DNA of 64,000 bases from a virus. Shown here piece after piece: positions 1 to 10,670 of the stretch. Numbering within the stretch: the first letter of the stretch is position 1; each line of letters opens with the position of its first letter. Under the pieces are notes generated by a model, which ran no database searches, was not told where the DNA came from, and saw nothing but the letters and a program-made list of their open reading frames with translations. The stretch lies in the IMG/VR virus record IMGVR_UViG_3300005662_000024; one strand, written 5' to 3'. The position numbers and the translations under genes were made by a program.

Positions 1-90
1 AACCAAAATAAGGCGATCATCGACCTCGTGGTAACACCCGCATTCGAGCTTAAGAGCATCGAAGTGCGTTTGTCTGTAAACTTAGCCTAA
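1..90 (+). CDS. 3' end of tail sheath protein (partial)
   Basis: Frame 1 reads NQNKAIIDLVVTPAFELKSIEVRLSVNLA*, resembling the C-terminal 'V.P...++.I.+.+' strands of contractile sheath proteins; lies directly before tube-like genes. Confidence 0.7.
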   Translation, partial: NQNKAIIDLVVTPAFELKSIEVRLSVNLA

Positions 91-120
91 TATAACCGAT
101 AAGAACTGGAGGGTTCAAAA

Positions 121-810
121 ATGGCAGGAGAATATTACGACAGCCCAGTAAATAAGTATCTTAATACATATACTACTTTTTCTGGTGCAGATATTGTAGC
201 CACATTTGGTGGCATAGAAATTGGCGCTCTTTCTGGAATTACTTTCTCAGTAACAAGAGAAAAGGCACCAATTTACACAATGGGTTCACCAAACCCTAGA
301 TCTTTCTCTAGAGGTAAGCGTGGTATAGCTGGATCATTAATCTTTACTGTTTTTGATAGACCAGCTCTTTACACTATGTTGGATAAACACCATAACACAC
401 CAGAGTCAATGAAGTTCTTTACAAGAGCTCATAATACACTACCTGGAGATACAAACCACAGAAGAGGAATTGCAGAATTTACAGATCAAACAAGAGACGT
501 TGTCAGCAAGGTTCCATTCTACGCAGACCAGATTCCACCATTTGACATAACAATTACATTTGTTAACGAATATGGTCAGGCAGCAGCTAGATCAATATAT
601 GGAGTTGAACTTCTTAACGAAGGATCAGGAGCATCTATGGATGACATCGTCATTGAAGAAACAATGACTTATGTTGCTAGAGAGCTTGGTCCAATGTATA
701 AGATAGCAAACGATCAGCTATTTAGATTTAACTCAGAAAATCTTGGAGATGTAATTTCTAAAGATGCAGTTAAGTCATCTAAGCTAAACCCTGATATTAT
801 CAGACCATAA
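121..810 (+). CDS. Major tail tube-like protein
   Basis: GGAGG RBS; follows sheath; motifs FSGADI, RGKRGIAGSLIF and PPFDITITFVNEYG are shared with the next two ORFs; followed by a hairpin. Confidence 0.7.
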   Translation: MAGEYYDSPVNKYLNTYTTFSGADIVATFGGIEIGALSGITFSVTREKAPIYTMGSPNPRSFSRGKRGIAGSLIFTVFDRPALYTMLDKHHNTPESMKFFTRAHNTLPGDTNHRRGIAEFTDQTRDVVSKVPFYADQIPPFDITITFVNEYGQAAARSIYGVELLNEGSGASMDDIVIEETMTYVARELGPMYKIANDQLFRFNSENLGDVISKDAVKSSKLNPDIIRP

Positions 811-843
811 TCTTATAAAGATAATTTTTTAACAATAATTTAG

Positions 844-884
844 TAGGTCAAGTGTGGGGGATCTTCTCCACACTTGACTTATTT
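844..884 (+). terminator. Stem-loop (intrinsic terminator or mRNA stabiliser) after tube gene
   Basis: GTCAAGTGTGG (847-857) pairs with CCACACTTGAC (868-878), followed by TTATTT. Confidence 0.75.
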
Positions 885-897
885 ATAAGGAGATTAA

Positions 898-1677
898 ATG
901 TCCAATCCAGGAGAACAAATAACATTTACAAGCTTTTCTACTGGAACAGTTATTCCATCTGATATAGATATATCAAAAATAGATAGAGTTGGTAGGATTC
1001 AAGCCTACGAAAATGGCTCTAATAAATATAGAGCAGAAAAGAATCTTCCAGATCCATTTTCAAATATGTCCTTTGCTGGTGTCGATATAGCAGCAACAAT
1101 GGTTATACCAGATATTCTTGAGAATGGGGATCTAGCATCTCAAGGTGATGTTTTAGAAATAGCGGAACTTCAAACAATATCTTATTCAATACACAGAGAA
1201 AATACACCAGTAAGAACACTTGGACATGTTAACCCTAGAGGTTTTGTTAAGGGTCCAAGAACTATAGCTGGATCTTTGATATTCACAGTATTCAATGAAT
1301 ACGCATTTTATAGAATTAAACAATTCAAGAGAAAACTAGCAGTACTAGGCTATTCTCCACTTGCAGACATGTTGCCACCATTTGATATTGTTTTAACATT
1401 CTTTAATGAATATGGCTTATATGGTAAAATGAAAATATATGGAATTACTATAGTTGATGAAGGCCAAACGATGTCTGTTGATGACTTAATAACTGAACAA
1501 ACATACACTTATATGGCTAGAGGAATACAGCCTTTGATACACTACGATCCAACTGATGATTTCACTTATCCAGAAGATATAGAAAAAAATGTAAACTCAA
1601 AGGTTATTTCTGAGCAGTTCTTCGGCAATAAAGCTAATGAATACAGAAATGTGATAGATAGAATACAGCCACTTTAA
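898..1677 (+). CDS. Tail tube-like paralog 2
   Basis: AGGAG RBS; SFAGVDI, KGPRTIAGSLIFTVF and PPFDIVLTFFNEYG match 121..810. Confidence 0.7.
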   Translation: MSNPGEQITFTSFSTGTVIPSDIDISKIDRVGRIQAYENGSNKYRAEKNLPDPFSNMSFAGVDIAATMVIPDILENGDLASQGDVLEIAELQTISYSIHRENTPVRTLGHVNPRGFVKGPRTIAGSLIFTVFNEYAFYRIKQFKRKLAVLGYSPLADMLPPFDIVLTFFNEYGLYGKMKIYGITIVDEGQTMSVDDLITEQTYTYMARGIQPLIHYDPTDDFTYPEDIEKNVNSKVISEQFFGNKANEYRNVIDRIQPL

Positions 1678-1692
1678 GGAACCTAAAGTAGA

Positions 1693-2739
1693 ATGCCAAC
1701 CTCAAAAAATTACAATAAACCGTATAGACCATTTAGTGGATATATTCCAGATGGTGTAATTTCAACAAATGGAACAAATAATGATTATCCATTTTCTGAT
1801 AGTTCATTTGATCCATTAAATAAAGATATAGACTTAAAATGGGCTGGAAGATCAAGAGAAGATAGTAATTTCAATACTTATTATGATTATTACTTTTCTG
1901 GTGAGGATGTAAAAATATACATTGATGGATTATTTAATCCAACTGATGAATTAGAAATATCAAATTTTACATTTACAGTTAAACAAGAAAAACAACCCCT
2001 TTACGGTTTTTGGTCATATAACTATGATGCCATAATGTATGGCTCTAGAATTATTGCCGGGAGTATGACAATAGTATCTAGATATCCTAGAAGAATGACT
2101 GAGCTACTTGAAAAAGCTGCAAAGATAAGAAGTGAAAGCGTAGGAAGAAAACCTTCTGAGCATGTCATTTCTCTTTTGTCAGAAAGTGCAGAAGGTTTAA
2201 ATTCTGAAGATGAAAAAAATATATTAAAATATTGGTCAAGAAGTCAACTTGATAGAATAGCCAATGATCCTGCAAATAATGGTCAGTATGAATCTTCGAA
2301 CAGAAATATATTTAGCGCTCACCCACCTTTTAATTTAATCATTTATTATGGTGTTCAAGAAAATGGTTTGGTAGCAAAAGGCGCACAACAAGCTCCAAAT
2401 AATTTTAATCCAGCTGATAATTACGATAGAATAATGTCTACTGACTATAATACAAGACTTACAAAAGTAAATAATCAAAAAACTCCAATGAAAATTGTTT
2501 TACAAAACGTACAGCTATTGAGCATGTCTACTGGTTACGATACAACAGGAAGTCCTCTTCAAGAAGGTTACGAATTTATAGCAAGAGATATGTATTACAC
2601 AATTGCAGATGATTCTACAAACCCACTTGCTAACCTAGTTCAAGAGCAACCAGCATCAGGTTCGAACTCTACTAATTCAACACCAACACAAACCAGTGGA
2701 GCTGCAAGCGGTGCCCCAACTGGATCAAATTATAAGTAA
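1693..2739 (+). CDS. Tail tube-like paralog 3 (possible tube initiator)
   Basis: FSGEDV, GSRIIAGSM and PPFNLII are diverged copies of the same motifs; Ser/Thr/Gly-rich C-terminal tail. Confidence 0.6.
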   Translation: MPTSKNYNKPYRPFSGYIPDGVISTNGTNNDYPFSDSSFDPLNKDIDLKWAGRSREDSNFNTYYDYYFSGEDVKIYIDGLFNPTDELEISNFTFTVKQEKQPLYGFWSYNYDAIMYGSRIIAGSMTIVSRYPRRMTELLEKAAKIRSESVGRKPSEHVISLLSESAEGLNSEDEKNILKYWSRSQLDRIANDPANNGQYESSNRNIFSAHPPFNLIIYYGVQENGLVAKGAQQAPNNFNPADNYDRIMSTDYNTRLTKVNNQKTPMKIVLQNVQLLSMSTGYDTTGSPLQEGYEFIARDMYYTIADDSTNPLANLVQEQPASGSNSTNSTPTQTSGAASGAPTGSNYK

Positions 2740-2799
2740 TTAAAATAACAATTAATTATTTTAATAGATGCAAAAAATACCACTATGTGAAAAATAATA

Positions 2800-2808
2800 T
2801 GATAAAAT
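2800..2808 (+). promoter_or_regulatory. Possible extended -10 promoter (TGnTAAAAT)
   Basis: TGATAAAAT in the AT-rich intergenic gap upstream of 2848. Confidence 0.35.
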
Positions 2809-2847
2809 GTAATGAAATACGTATTTTAAAAAAGTAGGAGAAAAAAA

Positions 2848-3357
2848 ATGGCAAGCCAAAGAAAAGTAACAGTATCTGTAGACGAAGAAACAGAATCAAT
2901 TCTTGACGCAGAAAACACTATTATGACACAAGAACAAGCTGATGATACCCAGTTAATGGAGCAGTTAGAAGAGGGTAGAGAAGTAGAAGACCTTCCAGAT
3001 GATGAAGAAATATGGGAAGGCGGACCAACTGCTGGTGTAATCAAAGTATGGAAAGCTAAACATGGCGAAGTGTATGTTACATCTATATCTTTTGATAAGC
3101 ATATAGTTTGGAGAACTTTAACAAGACTTGAATACAAGCAGTTAGTTAAAAAGATGGAGCAATTAATTCAGTCTGGACAGTTGTCTTCAGCTGAAGCAAA
3201 TATGTGGAATGAAGAAGCTATCACAGAATTATGTATTCTATACCCATCTTTTGATAAAGAATCTTTGACAAAGGAGATGGCTGGACTTCCTTCATTAATA
3301 GCCCAAGAGGTTCTAGAGGCATCTGGATTTGTGGCTTTAGAGGTAAGACAGCTCTAA
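2848..3357 (+). CDS. Putative tail assembly chaperone 1
   Basis: AGGAG RBS; lies between tube and tape-measure-like genes; acidic N-terminus; AGLPSLIAQEVLEASGF motif. Confidence 0.6.
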   Translation: MASQRKVTVSVDEETESILDAENTIMTQEQADDTQLMEQLEEGREVEDLPDDEEIWEGGPTAGVIKVWKAKHGEVYVTSISFDKHIVWRTLTRLEYKQLVKKMEQLIQSGQLSSAEANMWNEEAITELCILYPSFDKESLTKEMAGLPSLIAQEVLEASGFVALEVRQL

Positions 3358-3363
3358 AGCAAG

Positions 3364-3996
3364 ATGCTAGACGCTGAAAAAATTTTACAACTAAAAAACA
3401 AGTATGGACCTATATTTACAGCTAGTGTAAAAGGACAAATAATTGTATTTAGAGAATTAAAATTTTCTGAATTTGATTATATAGCCCTACTTCAAGAATC
3501 CCAAGATGGATCAACCGTTGATTCTGAAGACGAAATAATAAAAACAGCTGTTGTTTATCCAGAAGATTTTGACGTAGATAAGATACAGGCTGGACTTGTT
3601 TCGTCCTTAGCCCAAGAAATACTGGACGCCTCCGGCTTTAGTAATCCAAAGACGGCAAAAGCCATATTGGAACAAAAAAGAATGCAATCAATGCAGGTAA
3701 GAAGCTTAATGAAAGCTTTTGTTTTGGCTACTATAAAGACGTATAGTCCAGAAGATTTAGATCAAATGACCTATTCTCAACTGGCAGAAAAAGTTGCATT
3801 AGCAGAAAGAATTATAGAAATTACCCAAAACATGCACGCTATAGAGCCAAATGAATTAAGGCTTGAATTGATCGATCCTGAAGAAGAAGAAGAGAAGAAG
3901 AAGAAAACAGCAGCAAGACATAATCTGTCTAAGACAGAAGGTGCAGCTCAGTACGACGATCCTATAGCGCAAAAACTTTGGGGAATGAATAGATAA
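3364..3996 (+). CDS. Putative tail assembly chaperone 2 (paralog of 2848)
   Basis: AGLVSSLAQEILDASGF and VFRELKFSEF match the upstream ORF; position before the tape-measure-like gene. Confidence 0.55.
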   Translation: MLDAEKILQLKNKYGPIFTASVKGQIIVFRELKFSEFDYIALLQESQDGSTVDSEDEIIKTAVVYPEDFDVDKIQAGLVSSLAQEILDASGFSNPKTAKAILEQKRMQSMQVRSLMKAFVLATIKTYSPEDLDQMTYSQLAEKVALAERIIEITQNMHAIEPNELRLELIDPEEEEEKKKKTAARHNLSKTEGAAQYDDPIAQKLWGMNR

Positions 3997-4009
3997 TTTG
4001 GAGGGATGA

Positions 4010-7000
4010 ATGATCAGAGATAATGGCCCATTATCAAGCCTTGGTCATGGCGTAACCTCTAGGGATGTTCCACTGAATGAAGGTGAAACGGAAGGACCAA
4101 GTCCTAATTCTGGTGCAATTTCAAAAGCTATTAATGGTCATCCATTTTTAAGATTTGTTGCATCAAATATAACAGCAGTAGTTGCAGCTACTACAGCAAG
4201 TGCACTTGTTAGAAAAGGCGGACTACGCTTAGCAAAGACTGTAGACGATTCAGCTAGGCTTGCAAGGCAAAGTCGGCATCTCAAACTTTTCTACTAGAGC
4301 AGTAGAAAGTATTGGAGAGCTAAGAAGAGTTCTAGATCAACTAGAGGGGGTGTCTAGAACTGTAGGCGAAGGAGTAGATCCTGACTACTTCTATAAGAAT
4401 TTAGTTCTTGAAACAGCAGAGGGTGGACTTACAACAGGATATTCTAACGCAGCAAAAAATGCTAGATACGGAATGCATTTTACTGACGAAGAAATTAAAG
4501 CTGCAGGTAGGGGAATATCTAACGAGCCACCAGCAATATGGTCAGCAAGAGATGATATACAGCAAAAATTAGTAGGATTAGGAAGAAGGCTTCCTTACCT
4601 ACTTCCTTCCATGTATGCAACACAAAGAGGTATAACCGATCCCCTATTTGGGAATAACGATCAAAAGAGTAAAGTTAACTGGTATAACCCAGTAGATGTT
4701 CTAGCAGACTTTGCAAAGCAATCTGTGATGAATACTATTGGAGTACTTGCCCCTTTTGAAGTTGCAGGCGCAGCGACAACAACAGCTAGAAGATCTTTAG
4801 CTACTAGTTTATATAGTGGTGCATCAACGCCATTTAAACAAAAATTACAGAATAGATTCGTAGATCTTAATACTGTTCTTGGCGAAGTTGGTCATGATGT
4901 ATCTAAGGTTGTCAATAAGGTAATAAGAACTTCAACTCAATTATCTGGCGCTTTTAATAAATCTATAGAAGCATCTAGGTTAGATAAACCAACTGAAGAT
5001 CAAATATTTAAAAGCGTTAGACAAGGAATAATAGCTAATCGACATCAATCTACGTTATCACAAATTGCAAAGAGCGTTTTTCTTGGTGATAAAACAGCTG
5101 AAGGAGCTGGAAGATATGGGGCAGTAGATTTAATTCCAACTCTTCGTGGATTTAGATCTGGCTTTGCAGAGTTTCAAACAAGATTCAAAGTTTTAGGAGA
5201 AGGTTACGACGCCTTAACTCAGGCAATATCCAAAGATAAAGCTCTATTAAATATATCAGAACATTTTAAAAAGAGATACCCCAATGAAGCAGATAGATTA
5301 GAAGCAGCTGGAGTAGCTTTAAATAGAGCTAAAGAAGATATTGCATTTCAACATGGAAGTAGATTAACATCATTTGTTGGAACAATAGATAATTTAATGG
5401 CTGGTCATAATACCTATGGAACAAGGTATAGGACAAAAGATAGTAAATTCTTTGAAGAGCTGCTTAGAAAAGAATTAAGAGGTCAAGTAGAAACTCATTT
5501 AATTAATGAGGGCGCAAGTTCAAGCGCAGCAAAAATTTTCTCATCTCAAGTTCAAATAAAAAAGATACCAAGAGGTGGAGCAAGACTAGAAACTTCTCAA
5601 GTTTTTGGTTTTGGTAAAGATGATATTTTTAAAGAAGGACCTGATTTTTATAAGGAAATAGCAACTAGAGCAGCTGGAATAAAAGGTCTATCATCAGACA
5701 GTGGTTTAAGTGGAGATGTAATACAAAGAGCTCTTAGTAATGCAAACAAAATCTTTGCTACAAAAGAATTTCAAAAAAATGTTAAATCAAAAATAAACTC
5801 TCAATGGAGAACTTTTTACGATCAAAGTTTAGTTAACCATACTGGTGGAATACTTAAGCCAGAAAGAATGTCTTTATCAAGTTTTAATAATAATCTTAAT
5901 TCATCACAAAAAGAATATCTGCAAAGAAAAGCAGCTAGTGTATTAGGAATAAAGCTAACAGACTCAAATGGAAGAATGGTTTCAAATGATATTATTTCTA
6001 ATCAGCTAGCTAGAAATGGTTTAGATTCAAATAACTTTTCCTCATTGAGGGGTTTTTTATTAAATAATAAACAGCTTACAAAACCAGTTAGCTCTTCTGG
6101 ATATAACTTTCTAGGACTAAGACAAGTCAGTTTTGATGAGGCTAGAAATAGAGGATTTTTTAATTATCTTGATGAAAGACAAAATAGAATCCTATTAGAT
6201 ATTAATAGGCAAATGGGATTCAATGATCCAATATCAACTTCTATAGGCAAATCTACAGTTAATGGACTGTATGCGAATAGAAGCGGAACATTAATTGACA
6301 CAACAAAATTAACTGGAACCATAAGATCTCTTGGTAATTTCTTTGCAAGTGAATTTGAAATTCCAATAGTACACCTAAATGCAAATACATTATTTGGTCT
6401 TGGGCAAATGCAGGAAATGGCTAAAAAAGGTCCAATCCATTTTGTTCCAGGTAATACTGTCCAACCATTTGGTGAAATATCAAAGCATCAAGATTCTCAA
6501 TTTTTTATATATGAAACAAAGAGATCTTTTTTAAGAAAGACAAAAGGAACAGTTACTGCCTATGGCATTGATGAGGCAGGAGAGCAAACAGTAACTAAAC
6601 TACCTGGATACTATAGGCCAGGAAATAATTTAAGTCAAGCATTTATAGCAAGACAGGCAAAGTATGCCTCTGGTCTAATAGGCGAAGCCATGTCTTCCGT
6701 AAGAGCTGGTCAACCGCTTTCTTTAAGTCAAAGATTAAAATCTAGATTAGACTTTGCAGACGAGCAATCTTCATCCGTATTTGAATTAGCAAAAAGATTT
6801 AGTAGAAGAAAAATAGATATAAATAATCCAACTGTAATATCTCAGTTGGTTCAAGAAAAATCTGCAAGAGCTGGATCAAGAAACTTAAGACTTGATATAC
6901 AAGGCGAGGGTCCAACAGCAAAGTTCTCAGTCTTTGATCAAAGAGGAAGACTAGTAGCAGATAATGAGCAATTTATTTCTTCTGCAACAAGATTATTTGA

Positions 7001-10000
7001 GGGAACATCTAGATATGGATTCTCCGATAAAGTCATAGCTGCAATAGAAAGAAGAAATTCAAGATTATTCCAATTTGCAGAAAGAGAAGGAACTGGTCCG
7101 CAAAGTGTATCCAAGTTAAAAACAGTTCAACAAGCAGTTGACTTTGCAAAAGAACTTAAATATATTGACGACAATGTAGTTTCTCTTCCTTCTCGTGTAA
7201 AAAGTTATTTTTCTAGAATAGATCAAATTCTTGAACAAGGAAGCTTATTGGCTCCTTCTCAAGCTGGAGTAGCTTCCCCTAGTATTACAACAAGATTAGA
7301 TGAAATAAAAAGTGAGCTTTTTAAATATCTAGGATTAAGAAATGCAGCTATAAGACAAACTAGTGGAGCAATTCAAGAAGATCCATTAATTAGTATAGTA
7401 AATACATTAACAGAGTTAAGAAGATCTGGAGCAATATCTCCAACTGATTTAATAGAGGCACAAGGTGCCGCTTTATCTACACTTTTTAACTCAGCAGCTT
7501 TTTCCACTTATTCATCAAAATCTACTAGCCTACAAAATGCTACGGCCACTGTATATCAAGCAATAACTAGAGCTGAATCATCTCAACAAATAAAAAATTT
7601 AATAAAACCAATTATTGATTCAAGAACATCTCTATTGACAACGAGTATAAAAAGGCCTTTTACTGGAATAGTTCCATTCTTTACTAAGCAATTTGGAGCA
7701 GCACCTTATTCAACAATAAATGAAAGAGCAAATCCTCTTGGCTCAAACGCCAATACAACATTTATACCAACTTTTGGAACGCAATTTGGAAGGGATCCAT
7801 TTGCTGCGATAAGTAGCGCATTAGGAGTAACCACTTATTCAAATCCGCAAAGTTTTTCTGGAATGTCAGTTATTCCTGGTCATTCAATTGAAAGATTAAA
7901 TAGATATTTTGGCACACTTGGAATGCAGCTAGATGTTTCTAAGTATAAGAGTCCAGTTGATCTTTATGTAAGGGGAATGATTGGTAAAAGAGTTCTGCCA
8001 ATAGTTGCAGGTTCATCTACAGTTTTAGCAGCCGATAGAACATTAGGTGGATTCTTAAATGAAAGAGACATAAATAATGAAAGAGTATATTCACCTTACC
8101 TATTAGGAGCTTTGGGAACTGGAGTAGTAGAAGCTCAGTCTATTGCCGCAGGTGCAATACCTGGAGGATTATCCTATCAAGAAAAGAGAGAAGAATTAGT
8201 TGATGGAGAAGTACCAATTAGGCAAGGTAGATTTTGGCCACTTGGTAATACACCTTTTCAAGGTGGAAAGATTATGTACTACAGACCTTCGTGGTACAGA
8301 AAGCTTCAAGCTGGAGCAATGTTCACATCAGATACATATGGAAGTCCAGCAGAAAAACTATTATTCTATAATGACTTTTCTCCATTAAGGCCTTTAGATC
8401 CGTATAAGTTTGAAAGAAAACACTATAGCGATAGACCATATCCGGTAACGGGAGAGTATTTTACTGGACCTTGGGGTCCGCTAACCTCAGTTTTAAATTC
8501 AACTGTTGGAAAAATATTAAAACCACAACAGACAATGCACAGAGAACAGCTTGAAGCTGGTTTAGTTAATTATACTAGAGTTGGTCAATCTGGAGCATTT
8601 GATACTTCTGGATACCTGTTGACCCAAAAGGGATCACAAACTTTAGCTAAAGAATATCCATATCTATCTTCAGTTCAAGGAGAAGCATACGCCTATAGTT
8701 CATCTGGAGCAGTAAGGTCAGACCTTGCATCAGTAGACGCTATAACAAAAAATCAAAGTAATATAGCAGTTGGTTCAATAATAGGTAGCGTTAATCAGGG
8801 AATGTCTTCATTGGCAGGAAGTCCAATGGGAACAGCTAGCGTTGATGTTTCAGAAAGAATATCTTTACAAAATAGAATACTAACATCAGGAGCATATGGA
8901 CCGCCTAAATTATCTGGTGCAGTTCCTCCTAGAATAGTTCCAGCAGGTTCACCAATCGAGCAAGGTAGTCTTCCTTTTCAGATTTCTGAATCAGCATACA
9001 GAGTTCAAGAACTATTAGGTATTTATGGATTTATGGGTGGAACACTAAGAGAAAAATTTGGTTTTGGTAGTTCTGATTTTGAGCCAAACAGAGCGGTTTT
9101 ACAGTCGGCATCAAAAGCATATGGTACAGGTAGAGCATTTTGGGACCTCAACTTAGGAGGAATGGGTGACGTTCCACTGCCCGGACAAGGTCCATTAGGA
9201 AACATAGAAATATCTGAAGTTATTAGACGTTTTATTCCAAAAGAAAGAACTGGTGTTGATTATCTAAACCCAATACAAAATAGGTTAGGTCAGCAGTATC
9301 CATTTTTACCAGGGCCTGATTATTTTATAAATTTTAAAACAGGAGATCCATATACTAGAATACAGGAAGGCGAATTAAGACTTCCTGGTATTGGTTATGA
9401 AAGATTTAATACTCCAACTTCAGATTATTCAGGAAGATACGGAGCTGCAGATCAATTTAATATACTAGGAGATGTAGCTCCATATTCTCCTGAATTTAGA
9501 TCGCTAAATAGACAAATTAACTATAAAATAAGAACGCCAGAAGAAAGAATTAAAGTACAACAAACAAGAGAGCAAGTAGAGAACACTACTAGAAGAGAAG
9601 ACTTTAGTTCTTATAAATACAGATACTCTTCTCCAGAAGAGTCAAATATGGGAAGAACATCTTTTTACCTAGCTAGATCAGCTGAATATTTAGCTCATAG
9701 AGACACTATATTTAATACTAAGTTTTCCCCAAAAAGAACAGCAGCAGAAGATTGGGAAAGGCAAAATATTTATGGAACAACATTCCCAGAATGGCAAAGA
9801 CCATTTGAAAGCTTTATTTCCCCAATGTTATATAAGGCAACTCAAAGAAGTCCCCTAGCAGGAGCAGCCATAATGGGCGCATTAGGTTCAGCGTTTGGAG
9901 CTACTCCAAGAGCTAAAGTAGTTGGAAGTTTTATAGGAGCTACTTCTGGAGCAGTAGCTGGAGCCTATGGTTCTATATCTGAAGCCGTAACTGGAGACAG

Positions 10001-10670
10001 GTTTATTCCTCAGGAAAGAAAAAAACAAATGGCCCTAGAGGAATATGTTGATATATTAAGTTATGTAAAAAACATGTCAATATCTTCTCAAGCACAACAA
10101 GCTGGAGATATAGAGACAGCAAGAAGGTATAAGTCAGCAGCTGGAAGAACAATGTATGGAGCTGATATATATGGAGCTTCTGTAGAGACTCTTTCTTTAG
10201 CTATTCCAAAAAGAAAAAGAGAACACTTCAGGGAAATGCTTAATGCGCCAACTGAAGAAAGAGAAAGAATACTATCTACAGCTCCAAGATTAGAGAGAAG
10301 AATTTTTCAAGCAGCATGGGGTATGCAAGTAGAGAAAAAACCTGATTTAGTTGATTACTTTAGTAAAAATGAACTTCCTAGCTCAGAGTGGGAAGGTTGG
10401 CATCCAAATACAAATATGGAGCACGTTAAAGTAAAAATAGGACAATCTATGGGTATAGAGATGTCTCAAATGGGTTACTATCCTCAACAGTTGAAAGAAG
10501 CAAATCTAGCAAATCCAAGTTATCCATCTATGATGTCTGGTTCTGGTAGATCAGATACTTTAAATAGATTAAGAAGACTTATGTTAGATATGGGAATGGA
10601 TGGTTCTGTGACCCCTGTATTTACCCCCTTTGCTGGAGAAAGAATAGATATGTCAGTAGGAGTTAGGTAA
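4010..10670 (+). CDS. Tape-measure-like giant protein, about 2219 aa via +1 shift at CGG-C (4274-4277)
   Basis: GGAGG RBS before ATG 4010; frame 0 stops at 4297; +1 frame is open 4245-10670; Ala/Gly-rich hydrophobic segments; follows the chaperones. Confidence 0.65.
4274..4277 (+). other. CGG +1 recoding site 1 (AGT CGG-C ATC), codon 89
   Basis: In-frame CGG inside the overlap window 4245-4294 of the two ORF halves. Confidence 0.75.
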
